From Patescibacteria group bacterium (GTDB lineage: Bacteria; Patescibacteriota; Microgenomatia; 2-02-FULL-39-11), in the NCBI GenBank assembly GCA_023379265.1, contig JAMCUI010000009.1:36091-100090 (forward strand): a stretch of 64,000 nt of DNA, given 5' to 3'. Below, in pieces: positions 8,922 to 17,174 of the stretch. Positions within the stretch are counted from its first letter, which is position 1. Every line of letters begins with the position of its first letter. Below the pieces are notes generated by a model that made no database searches, was not told the origin of the DNA, and was given only the letters and a program-made list of their open reading frames with translations. The position numbers and the translations under genes were made by a program.

Positions 8922-9350
8922 ATGAAAATTGAAGTTGATACCAAGAAGGCTCCGGCGGCAATAGGACCATATTCACAAGCCATCAAGCTGGGTAATCTGG
9001 TTTTTTGTGCTGGAAATATAGGAGTGGATCCAAAAACAAACATATTAAGCGATAAAGGGATAAAAGAACAGACGAAACTTGCTTTAGAGAATATAAAGAA
9101 CATTCTTTCTTCAGCCGGTTCTGGTATGGAAAACGTGTTGAAGACAACTGTTTATCTGAAAAGCATGGATGATTTTGCCTCTATGAATGAAGTTTATGCC
9201 ACTTTTTTTTCCAAGCCGTATCCGGCACGTGCAACTATTGCTGTGGCTAAATTGCCAAAGGATGCTTTAGTTGAGATAGAATGTATAGCTTTTACAAAAG
9301 ATAAGAAAGGAGAATGTTGCGGCGAGGGCGATTGCGGCTGCTGCGACTAA
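8922..9350 (+). CDS. ridA: RidA family enamine/imine deaminase with a Cys-rich C-terminal tail
   Basis: APAAIGPYSQA, VLKTTVYL..M.DF..MNEVY, PARATI.V..LP.DALVEIE; strong RBS AAGGAGG. Confidence 0.93.
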   Translation: MKIEVDTKKAPAAIGPYSQAIKLGNLVFCAGNIGVDPKTNILSDKGIKEQTKLALENIKNILSSAGSGMENVLKTTVYLKSMDDFASMNEVYATFFSKPYPARATIAVAKLPKDALVEIECIAFTKDKKGECCGEGDCGCCD

Positions 9351-9356
9351 AATAAT

Positions 9357-10280
9357 ATGGCTGAGTCAAAAACTTTCCCTTTTGCTTTTTTTGAGGGGAA
9401 AATAATTCCTACTGAGCTTGCACGGGTTAACATCATGACCAATGCTCTTCAGTACGGCAACGGTATTTTTGGCGGTATAAGGGGGTATGTGGCCGAGGGT
9501 AAAAAATCTGTAAATATTTTTAGAGTGAACGACCACTATAAAAGATTTTTAAGTTCCCTGAAAATTTTAAATAAGTCTATTCGATATAGCCAGAGATACC
9601 TTATTGACATCACAGTAGAACTGGCAAAAAAAAACAATCCTAGAACCGATTGTTACTTCCGTCCATTTGCTTATGCCAAGAATTTTGAGATTTCACCTGA
9701 TTTAAGTAAGCTGGAATTTGATTTTGCCATGTATATGATTCCTCTGGGAGAGTATTTACCAGTGAGTAAGGGTTTGAAGTTGGCTATCTCCAATTGGGTC
9801 AGGATAAATGACAATATGATTCCTTCCCGGGCTAAAGTGACGGGAGGGTATATCAATTCTTCCCTAGCTAAAGGAGATGCAGCAAAACTGGGTTGTGATG
9901 ACGCTCTTATGCTTTCTTCCGACGGTCATTTGGCTGAGGGAAGTGGGGCAAATTTCTTTATGATAAGGGACGGGGTACTTATAACAAGCCCAAAATATAA
10001 TGATGTCCTTGAAGGTATAACCAGAAGAACTATTTTAGAGTTGGCGGGTGAATTAAAGATTTCTATAGAGGAAAGAGAAATAGACAGGACTGAAGTTTAT
10101 ATAGCTGATGAAGCTTTCCTCTCAGGGACCGGAGCTCAAGTCGCTTGGATTACAGAGGTTGACGGACGGACAATAGGGGAAGGGAAAATGGGGCCAATTA
10201 CGGGGAAAATTCAAAAACTTTTTTTTGATATTGTCCGTGGTAAGGATAAGAAATATGCCGGTTGGCTGACAAAAATATAA
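9357..10280 (+). CDS. ilvE: branched-chain amino acid aminotransferase
   Basis: ALQYG.GIF.GIR.Y, AK..G.YINS.LA, EGSGANFF, LEGITR, ADEAFL.GT. Confidence 0.93.
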   Translation: MAESKTFPFAFFEGKIIPTELARVNIMTNALQYGNGIFGGIRGYVAEGKKSVNIFRVNDHYKRFLSSLKILNKSIRYSQRYLIDITVELAKKNNPRTDCYFRPFAYAKNFEISPDLSKLEFDFAMYMIPLGEYLPVSKGLKLAISNWVRINDNMIPSRAKVTGGYINSSLAKGDAAKLGCDDALMLSSDGHLAEGSGANFFMIRDGVLITSPKYNDVLEGITRRTILELAGELKISIEEREIDRTEVYIADEAFLSGTGAQVAWITEVDGRTIGEGKMGPITGKIQKLFFDIVRGKDKKYAGWLTKI

Positions 10281-10312
10281 AATTGTTTACAAAGAATTGT
10301 TGGAGGGAGAAT

Positions 10313-10606
10313 ATGACAAAATACCAAAAATATTTTCGGGAAATGTTGGATAAGAATGAATATCTTTTTACCGAGTTTAAGCGCATACATGACAGTTATA
10401 CGCTTGATCCCGTCAAGTATGAAAATGAATTCAATAAACTAGGTAAAGAAGTGGTTGATGAGGTTAGGGAATGGGAGAGAAAGTTGTGCAGTCAAAGCGA
10501 ACGGGGGCAATACGGAGTGTTTTCGGCGGGATTGGCTGATAAATTTTGGAAGGAGGTCAGGATTTATTTTCCAAAGATTGATTTTGTAGGAGTCAAAATA
10601 TCGTAA
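10313..10606 (+). CDS. hypothetical helical protein (97 aa)
   Basis: ATG 10313 with GGAGGGAG upstream; fills the gap between the converging ilv and leu operons. Confidence 0.7.
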   Translation: MTKYQKYFREMLDKNEYLFTEFKRIHDSYTLDPVKYENEFNKLGKEVVDEVREWERKLCSQSERGQYGVFSAGLADKFWKEVRIYFPKIDFVGVKIS

Positions 10607-10625
10607 ACATCATTCTTCGGAATTA

Positions 10626-11699
10626 TTAGATATATGAGACTATTTTATCACCTGTCTCTTTTGTGCCCAAGATTTTATTTTCAGGCGTATTTTTGTCTTT
10701 TATATCGGGAGTGCGGTAGCCTGATTTGATAAATTTCTCAATAGCTTTTTCTACGATTTTTGCCTCGTCTCCCATCCGGAAACTAATCCTTAACATCATT
10801 ACTATAGAAAGGATGGTAGCCAGGGGGTTTGCAGTATTTTTTCCTGCCGCTTTATTGTAGGCACCATGGATTGGTTCAAATAGGGAATATTTTTTTCCTA
10901 TTGAAGCTGACGGAAGAAGGCCGATAGATCCGCTTATAACCGATGCTTCGTCAGTAAGGATATCCCCAAACATATTTTCTGTCAAAATGACATCAAATTG
11001 TGCCGGATTTTTAATAATTTGCATGGCGGCATTATCGACAAACATATGATTTAGTATTACTGATGGAAAACTTCGGGCAACTTTTTCCACAGTTTCCCGC
11101 CACAATCTTGATGTCTCAAGTACATTGGCTTTATCAACGCTCGTGACTCTTTTTTGGCGTTTTTGTGCAAGATTAAAGGCTACATTAGCAATATTTATGA
11201 CTTCTTCTTTTGAATAAATTGACGTGTCAACGGCAATATTCCCCTTATTTTTTCGCAACCTTGGTTGGCCGAAATAGATACCTCCAGTAAGTTCCCTAAC
11301 AACAACCATATCAACTCCTTCTACTCTTTCTTTTTTGAGCGGTGAGATTTCTGATAAGTTTTTAAATAGTATAATTGGACGGATGTTAGCAAAAAGTTCA
11401 AGAGATTTGCGCAATTTCAAAAGTCCCTGTTCGGGTCTTATTTTTGCTTCAGGGTTGTTGTCATATTTTGGATCTCCAATTGCGCCAAAAAGCACAGCAT
11501 CGGAACTTTTACAGAGTTTCAGAGTTTCAGATGGGAGCGGGCCGCCAGTCTTATCTATGGCAATACTACCTATAAGGCCTTCCTGAAAGATAAACTGGTG
11601 ATTGAATTTCTCTCCGACTTTTTTCAAGACTTTTACCGCTTCCCAGGTTACCTCCGGGCCTACACCGTCTCCAGCTAATAATGCAATTTTCTTTTTCAT
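10626..11699 (-). CDS. leuB: 3-isopropylmalate dehydrogenase
   Basis: GDGVGPEV, RPEQGLL.LRK, VRELTGGIYFG, VDKANVL, NMFGDILTDEAS, EPIHG. Confidence 0.97.
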   Translation of the reverse strand: MKKKIALLAGDGVGPEVTWEAVKVLKKVGEKFNHQFIFQEGLIGSIAIDKTGGPLPSETLKLCKSSDAVLFGAIGDPKYDNNPEAKIRPEQGLLKLRKSLELFANIRPIILFKNLSEISPLKKERVEGVDMVVVRELTGGIYFGQPRLRKNKGNIAVDTSIYSKEEVINIANVAFNLAQKRQKRVTSVDKANVLETSRLWRETVEKVARSFPSVILNHMFVDNAAMQIIKNPAQFDVILTENMFGDILTDEASVISGSIGLLPSASIGKKYSLFEPIHGAYNKAAGKNTANPLATILSIVMMLRISFRMGDEAKIVEKAIEKFIKSGYRTPDIKDKNTPENKILGTKETGDKIVSYI

Positions 11700-13597
11700 A
11701 GGTAAATTCTGGGATCAACTATCTTACCCGCGATTGCAGCAGCGGTGACTGTGACCGGTGAGGCCAGAAAAATCTTGGCTTCGCGGGAACCCATTCTGCC
11801 GATATAATTTCTGTTTGACGAAGATATCATTTGCGCTCCGGCTCCGACAACTCCCATGTGTTTACCAAAACATGGTCCACAGTTGGATGATTCGATATTG
11901 GCTCCGGCATCGGCAAAAAGCGTCAGTATGCCGTCTTTTAGCAGTCTGTTATAAACTTTTCTTGAGGCAGGTATTACTACAAAGTTTACCTGAGGATTTA
12001 CCTTCCTGTCTTTTATTACCTTTGCCGCCACCACAAAATCTTCATACCGGCCATTTGTGCAGGCTCCCAAAAAAGCATCTGTTATGTGAAGAGAATTGAC
12101 TCCGGCAAAATCCACATTTTTTGATTTTTGGGATTTACGCATATACTGATCTAGTTTACTTACAGGTGTGACATTTCCCGGTTTATGGGGGAATGCCACC
12201 ATCGGTTCAAGAGAGGATAAATCAATATTGATAATTTTTTCATAATTGCAGTTCCTATCAGGCATATAAGCTTTATAGGGATATTTGGCTCTTTTATCAA
12301 TATATTTTTTTAATATTTTGTCACACTCAAAAATTGCCGTCCTTGCCCCCATTTCAACAGCCATATTTGCTACAGTGGTTCTGGCATCCATGGAGAGAGA
12401 GGAGAGCGCTGGGCCACCAAACTCGACTATTCTTCTTGATGCTCCATCCACTCCCAATTTACCTATTAAATAAAGAATAATATCTTTGGAAAATGTACCC
12501 TTGCCAAGTTTCCCGTGAAGATTTACCCTGATTGTTTTTGGTACTTCAAAATCGTAGAGATATCCTGTGGGTAGAGCGAAACTTGCATCAGTGGTGCCGA
12601 CACCAAAAGCCAAGGTGTTTAGGGCTCCGCTGGTGTCAGTGTGCGAGTCCGTGCCCAGAATAATTTCTCCGGGAACGATTTGGCCATCTTCTATAAGGAC
12701 GACATGTTCTATCCCATCTCCCTCCTTGTAGCATTTGATCCCCTGATTTTTGGCAAACTTCTCCATAAAATCTATTCCTTCAGAAACTGCAACTGATGAG
12801 GAGGGGACAGTATGGTCTGGGATAAGAAATACTCTTTTTTTATCAAATACATGGAATTTCTTTTTGTTTTTTGCATATATGTCGGAGAAATTGGATAAAC
12901 TGTCATTTAGTGCTGGAGGTGCAATGACTTCATTGAAAAAAAGGATATCTATGGATAATTTTTCCAGCTTATCGCCTGCAGAAGCATCATATCCCAGATG
13001 GTCTGAAATTATTTTTTCGGCAATAGTCTTCGGTTTGGACGATTTTATATTTGTTCTGACAAAATCAATCTTCTTCCTGTCGGCTTTTTTCAATAATTCG
13101 GATAGATGATTTCTGATTCTTCCGATTTTTCCTCCAAGAATAAATGTTTTGGCTACCTCTTCATCCATTTTGAATCCAACTTTTTTTCTGCCGTTTATCT
13201 TTATTTCCTTTTTCTCAAGATTAATCGCAAGCCGATCCGATTTGTGAAATTGGATAATATCGTCCATTGTGATTAAGACAAGTCCGTTATTCAGACAGTT
13301 ACGGAAAAATATATCAGGATACGATTTGGCAATGATTGCTTTTACACCGTTTTCCTGCAACGCATAGACTGCCTGTTCTCGGGATGAGCCGCACCCAAAA
13401 TTTTCACCGGCTACAATTATGTTATTGTTCTCTTTATTGTTGAGGTTTACAAAATCTTTGTCATAATTGGCAAAAGCATATTTGGCAAAAAAAGACCGCT
13501 TTGTAGATTCCTGAAGTGTCCAAGCAGGAATTATATCATCAGTATTTATGTCGTCAGGAAAGATGGAAGTAATTTTCCCGGAAATATCGGTAATCAT
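11696..13597 (-). CDS. fused 3-isopropylmalate dehydratase, small subunit N-terminal and large subunit C-terminal (LeuD::LeuC)
   Basis: N-terminal DDINTDDIIP, GENFGCGSSREQA, IFFRN..NNG; C-terminal DHTVP, GIEH, DSHT, GACTNGR, CGPCFG, SSNRNY.GRMG; lies between leuA and leuB. Confidence 0.9.
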   Translation of the reverse strand: MITDISGKITSIFPDDINTDDIIPAWTLQESTKRSFFAKYAFANYDKDFVNLNNKENNNIIVAGENFGCGSSREQAVYALQENGVKAIIAKSYPDIFFRNCLNNGLVLITMDDIIQFHKSDRLAINLEKKEIKINGRKKVGFKMDEEVAKTFILGGKIGRIRNHLSELLKKADRKKIDFVRTNIKSSKPKTIAEKIISDHLGYDASAGDKLEKLSIDILFFNEVIAPPALNDSLSNFSDIYAKNKKKFHVFDKKRVFLIPDHTVPSSSVAVSEGIDFMEKFAKNQGIKCYKEGDGIEHVVLIEDGQIVPGEIILGTDSHTDTSGALNTLAFGVGTTDASFALPTGYLYDFEVPKTIRVNLHGKLGKGTFSKDIILYLIGKLGVDGASRRIVEFGGPALSSLSMDARTTVANMAVEMGARTAIFECDKILKKYIDKRAKYPYKAYMPDRNCNYEKIINIDLSSLEPMVAFPHKPGNVTPVSKLDQYMRKSQKSKNVDFAGVNSLHITDAFLGACTNGRYEDFVVAAKVIKDRKVNPQVNFVVIPASRKVYNRLLKDGILTLFADAGANIESSNCGPCFGKHMGVVGAGAQMISSSNRNYIGRMGSREAKIFLASPVTVTAAAIAGKIVDPRIYL

Positions 13598-13598
13598 A

Positions 13599-15098
13599 TC
13601 AGTGAATCTTATTAACAGCATCTATATAAGCCATTGCTGCAGCGACTATGGTGTCGGTGTGAATTCCTGAACCGAAAGATTCCTTTTTGCCGTTTTGCAC
13701 TCCCACGTATACTTTAGCCATGGCGTTTGATCCTATTGTGGCGGCCTGGATAAGAAATTGCGTCAGTTTGTGATTTTGACCGAGACAAGTGTCTATGGCA
13801 TTAAAACTGGCATCTATTGGGCCGTCACCGGTACCTGTAGCTTCCTTATTTTTTCCATCGACTGACAACCTTACGGTTGAAGTGGGAATATTTTTATTCC
13901 CTGAAATTGTTTGGATGAGCACGAGTTTTATTTTTTTGTGGTTTGTTTCATCTTTTTGGCCCATAAGATAATATAGATCCTCGTCATAAATTTCTTTTTT
14001 GATGTCAGCAAGTTTCAAAAATTCCTTATAGACAGAGTTCAATTTATCCTGTGTCAGATCAAAACCTATTTTTTCCAGCTTGTGACGAAGTGCTGCACGG
14101 CCTGATCGGGCTGTGAGAATAATTTTTGAAGAAGTCAATCCTACAGCCCTTGGGTCAATTATTTCGTAATTTTCCCTTCTTTTCAGTACTCCGTCTTGGT
14201 GTATTCCTGATGAATGGGAAAAAGCGTTGGCTCCGATTATGGCCTTATTCGGTTGGACAGGAATGCCCATAATCTGCGAAACCATCTGGCTGGTTTTGTA
14301 AATTTCGCCGGTCTTAATTCTTGTTGTATAAGACAGATAATCGCGTCGTGTGTAAAGCGCCATGATTACTTCCTCAAGTGAGGTATTTCCTGCTCTTTCG
14401 CCAATTCCGTTCATTGTTACCTCTACCTGTCTTGCTCCGTTAAAAACACCAAACAAAGTGTTGGCTGTAGCTACACCCAGATCATTATGACAATGTACAG
14501 AAATGATGGCTTTATCAATATTGGGTACATTTTTGGTGATATATTTTATTTTTTGGCCAAATTCTTCGGGAAAACAATAACCAGTGGTATCGGGAATATT
14601 GACGACTGTTGCTCCTGCAGTTATTACCTTCATAATCATTTCCGAAAGAAATTTATTATCTGCGCGTCCGGCATCTTCAGCATAAAATTCCACGTCAGAA
14701 ACAAATTTTTTGGCATACCGGACAGCCTCAATCGCCCTTTCTAGTATATCTTTTCGGTTTGATTTGAATTTGTACTTTATATGGACATCTGAGACACCGA
14801 TTCCGGTATGTATCCGGGGACTTTGTGCGTATTTAAGCGCTTTGGCGGCGCATTCTATATCTTCTTTTATGGCACGAGTCAGGCCGCAGACGGTACAGTT
14901 TCTGACTATTTTTGAGACAGCCACGATTGATTCAAAATCCCCAGGTGAAGAGATAGGAAATCCTGCTTCAATTATGTCCACTCCCAACTTTTCTAATTGT
15001 CTGGCCAATTCAACTTTTTGGGAAGTGTTCAATTTAGCCCCAGGTGACTGTTCGCCGTCACGCAGTGTTGTGTCAAAGACAAAGATTTTATTTTTCAT
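13599..15098 (-). CDS. leuA: 2-isopropylmalate synthase with C-terminal regulatory domain
   Basis: [54 protein letters not shown]. Confidence 0.97.
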   Translation of the reverse strand: MKNKIFVFDTTLRDGEQSPGAKLNTSQKVELARQLEKLGVDIIEAGFPISSPGDFESIVAVSKIVRNCTVCGLTRAIKEDIECAAKALKYAQSPRIHTGIGVSDVHIKYKFKSNRKDILERAIEAVRYAKKFVSDVEFYAEDAGRADNKFLSEMIMKVITAGATVVNIPDTTGYCFPEEFGQKIKYITKNVPNIDKAIISVHCHNDLGVATANTLFGVFNGARQVEVTMNGIGERAGNTSLEEVIMALYTRRDYLSYTTRIKTGEIYKTSQMVSQIMGIPVQPNKAIIGANAFSHSSGIHQDGVLKRRENYEIIDPRAVGLTSSKIILTARSGRAALRHKLEKIGFDLTQDKLNSVYKEFLKLADIKKEIYDEDLYYLMGQKDETNHKKIKLVLIQTISGNKNIPTSTVRLSVDGKNKEATGTGDGPIDASFNAIDTCLGQNHKLTQFLIQAATIGSNAMAKVYVGVQNGKKESFGSGIHTDTIVAAAMAYIDAVNKIH

Positions 15099-15114
15099 GA
15101 AGTTTATCAATAAT

Positions 15115-15142
15115 AAAAAAACTCTCTTTGTTGAGAGAGTTT
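15115..15142 (-). terminator. attenuator terminator of the leu leader
   Basis: minus strand AAACTCTCT-CAACAA-AGAGAGTTTTTTT just upstream of leuA; the 5' arm can pair with TTGAGAGGGT (plus 15183-15192). Confidence 0.88.
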
Positions 15143-15188
15143 ATATTTGTCTGTTTGTAAATAGTTTATTCGCTAATTTTCTACCCTC

Positions 15189-15251
15189 TCAAACCATTAG
15201 AAATCTCCTCTGAAGGAGGAGATCAAGGCTTGAAAGAGTCAGATTTCGCAT
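15189..15251 (-). CDS. leuL: leu operon attenuator leader peptide (20 aa, MRNLTLSSLDLLLQRRFLMV), not in the ORF track
   Basis: 7 Leu codons including CTC CTC CTT; the stop codon lies inside the antiterminator arm; promoter immediately upstream. Confidence 0.85.
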   Translation of the reverse strand: MRNLTLSSLDLLLQRRFLMV

Positions 15252-15262
15252 AAGAATAGTTT

Positions 15263-15291
15263 AATATACGACATTTTGATTTTAGTGTCAA
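15263..15291 (-). promoter_or_regulatory. sigma70-type promoter of the leu operon
   Basis: minus strand TTGACA, 17 nt, TATATT; overlaps a divergent TTGATT-17-TATACT (15276-15304). Confidence 0.75.
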
Positions 15292-15320
15292 CATTTGTTA
15301 TACTCTATAAAAGCCGCTTT

Positions 15321-15950
15321 ATGCGACTAACCCACCTACATCTTTTTGATTACCTTTATCGCGCGTATAACGCGTGGCCTCGGATTTATGACGGAATTAC
15401 CCAACTGTTTTCCATCGGTCAATGGGAAAAATGGCAGAATCGGGTATTTGATGATTTAGAAGGCAAAAAAATACTGGAAATCGGTGTTGGCCCGGGACAT
15501 CTGCTTTTAAAGATGGTTCAGAAAGGGTATCGAGTAACTGGTCTGGAACTTCGAAAAGGTATGGCCTATGAGGCGAGGAGAAAGGTAAAGAAAGCGGGTT
15601 TGGATATTGATATTTTACAGCAGTCAGTATACCGCCTTCCGTTTAAGAGTGAAACGTTTGATTGTATCGTGATGACGTTTGTCTTAGCTGAGATTGTAAA
15701 TTTAGATAAAGCAATAATCGAGATGAAAAGAGTATTGAAAAAAGGCGGAAAAGTGATTGTTATAGCTGGAGGTATTCCTCAGGACAGAAATATTATCGCC
15801 AAATTATTATTTAAGTTCATTGGCAGTCAGACTACGCTCAGAATTGAGAGAGATAATAAGGGTTATTTTGAAAGATACGGATTTGCCGTGACTCGCACTG
15901 ATTTTGGCCCCTTTAACGTGGTTAATAAGATTGTCTCCATAAAGAAATGA
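15321..15950 (+). CDS. class I SAM-dependent methyltransferase (UbiE-like)
   Basis: ILEIGVGPG, LPFKSETFD, EMKRVLKKGG; ATG 15321 lies downstream of the predicted promoter. Confidence 0.85.
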   Translation: MRLTHLHLFDYLYRAYNAWPRIYDGITQLFSIGQWEKWQNRVFDDLEGKKILEIGVGPGHLLLKMVQKGYRVTGLELRKGMAYEARRKVKKAGLDIDILQQSVYRLPFKSETFDCIVMTFVLAEIVNLDKAIIEMKRVLKKGGKVIVIAGGIPQDRNIIAKLLFKFIGSQTTLRIERDNKGYFERYGFAVTRTDFGPFNVVNKIVSIKK

Positions 15951-16258
15951 AGATTTTATATGTCCCCTGTAAAGATTTACATGAAGCAAAACTAATCGCA
16001 CGATCAATGATTGAAGCGAAGTTGGCAGCGTGTGTGAATATAATTCCTTCAATTTTTTCTGTATACCGATGGAAAGGTAAAATCGAAGAGCAAAAAGAAG
16101 CGTTAATTATAATAAAGACGAGTTCAAATCTTGTTGACAAGGCAGTTTCTCATATCCAAAGGATTCATTCATATAATACTCCCGAAATCATTATTTTTGA
16201 TAAAACCGATACGACGAAAGCGATAGATAAATGGCTTGGAGAAGAATTGACGGGTTAA
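15947..16258 (+). CDS. cutA: divalent-cation tolerance protein CutA
   Basis: KLAACVNI, S.Y.WKGKIE, IIKT, HSY.TPEII. Confidence 0.92.
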   Translation: MKILYVPCKDLHEAKLIARSMIEAKLAACVNIIPSIFSVYRWKGKIEEQKEALIIIKTSSNLVDKAVSHIQRIHSYNTPEIIIFDKTDTTKAIDKWLGEELTG

Positions 16259-16289
16259 TAAAAGGGAATCTTGAATTATTTCTGTCAAT

Positions 16290-16317
16290 AAAAACCCCTC
16301 TAAAAAGAGGGGTTTTT
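16290..16317. terminator. bidirectional intrinsic terminator
   Basis: AAAAACCCCTCT-AAAA-AGAGGGGTTTTT between converging transcripts. Confidence 0.9.
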
Positions 16318-16459
16318 GGTAATTACCGATTTGAAAATTTCAAATAAGTTTAATGTTGTACCCAAACTTATAATCCACTTCCACAATTCAACTTTCATAT
16401 TGAATCAGAAATATTCATTTGAGTACGGGAAGGTAAAACATTAAATTTACCAAATTACC
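16318..16459 (-). other. long imperfect hairpin in the 3' UTR of the small Zn-ribbon gene (candidate structured RNA)
   Basis: nested inverted repeats 16318-24/16453-59, 16349-57/16437-45, 16358-66/16418-26, 16386-91/16400-05; G-U pairs favour the minus strand. Confidence 0.55.
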
Positions 16460-16463
16460 TATT

Positions 16464-16604
16464 TCAGCCGCCAATTTTGTACATTCCTGTACCGCAGACT
16501 GGGCATTTACCTTTCATAGCGGGTTTGCCGTTTTTCATGGTAACTTTGGTAGCGTTTGGATCGTCTCTTTTTGCGCGGCATTTTACACAATACATCTGTG
16601 CCAT
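16464..16604 (-). CDS. 46-aa basic Zn-ribbon protein (DUF5679-like), below the ORF-track cutoff
   Basis: MAQMYCVKCRAKRDDPNATKVTMKNGKPAMKGKCPVCGTGMYKIGG; strong RBS GGGAGGTG. Confidence 0.88.
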   Translation of the reverse strand: MAQMYCVKCRAKRDDPNATKVTMKNGKPAMKGKCPVCGTGMYKIGG

Positions 16605-16686
16605 TAATATTCACCTCCCTTCATTATGTCAAATCTAAATCAATGCTATAAAAAGATTCTTTCTGACAGAAAACTGATTTATTGTT

Positions 16687-17073
16687 TTAAGCCCTATGTA
16701 GCAGAAAATATAGCACACCTTGAAGCAGGAATGCAAACACGGTGAATATAGTAATTTTTATCAAGTCGTGCCTGACATAAGAATAATCAGTCATTAATGA
16801 GGACGATTTGGGCTTTGGGATAGTCTGAATATTTGATGTACCACTAAAGCTATCCCGTATGGAATAGCTTGTTTTGTCAGTTGTTAATTGGCTCTTGACA
16901 GAAGTGTCAGTAAGACTGATAGAGATACTACTGCTATTACGGCGGGGAAAACGCGTTTCATCATTTTTTTTAGAAATATGCGATTGAGGTTGAATTACAG
17001 AATGAATATCGGCAACTGCCATTTTGCGGTGTAGTTCAGCCAAGAGTTTCTGCTTTTTTGTTTTCTTAGGCAT
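16687..17073 (-). CDS. hypothetical protein: basic N-terminus, Ser/Thr-rich linker, C-terminal TM helix
   Basis: 128-aa ORF; YSYVRHDL.K precedes a hydrophobic helix. Confidence 0.75.
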   Translation of the reverse strand: MPKKTKKQKLLAELHRKMAVADIHSVIQPQSHISKKNDETRFPRRNSSSISISLTDTSVKSQLTTDKTSYSIRDSFSGTSNIQTIPKPKSSSLMTDYSYVRHDLIKITIFTVFAFLLQGVLYFLLHRA

Positions 17074-17090
17074 GGGGCCAAGATATCATA

Positions 17091-17119
17091 TTGACATAAA
17101 GTTGTAAAGTAAGTACAAT
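17091..17119 (+). promoter_or_regulatory. sigma70-type promoter
   Basis: TTGACA, 17 nt, TACAAT. Confidence 0.7.
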
Positions 17120-17174
17120 CTGAATACTTCGTTTACTCATTCGGAGAATAGTTGTTGAAATTCCGATTAATTTT

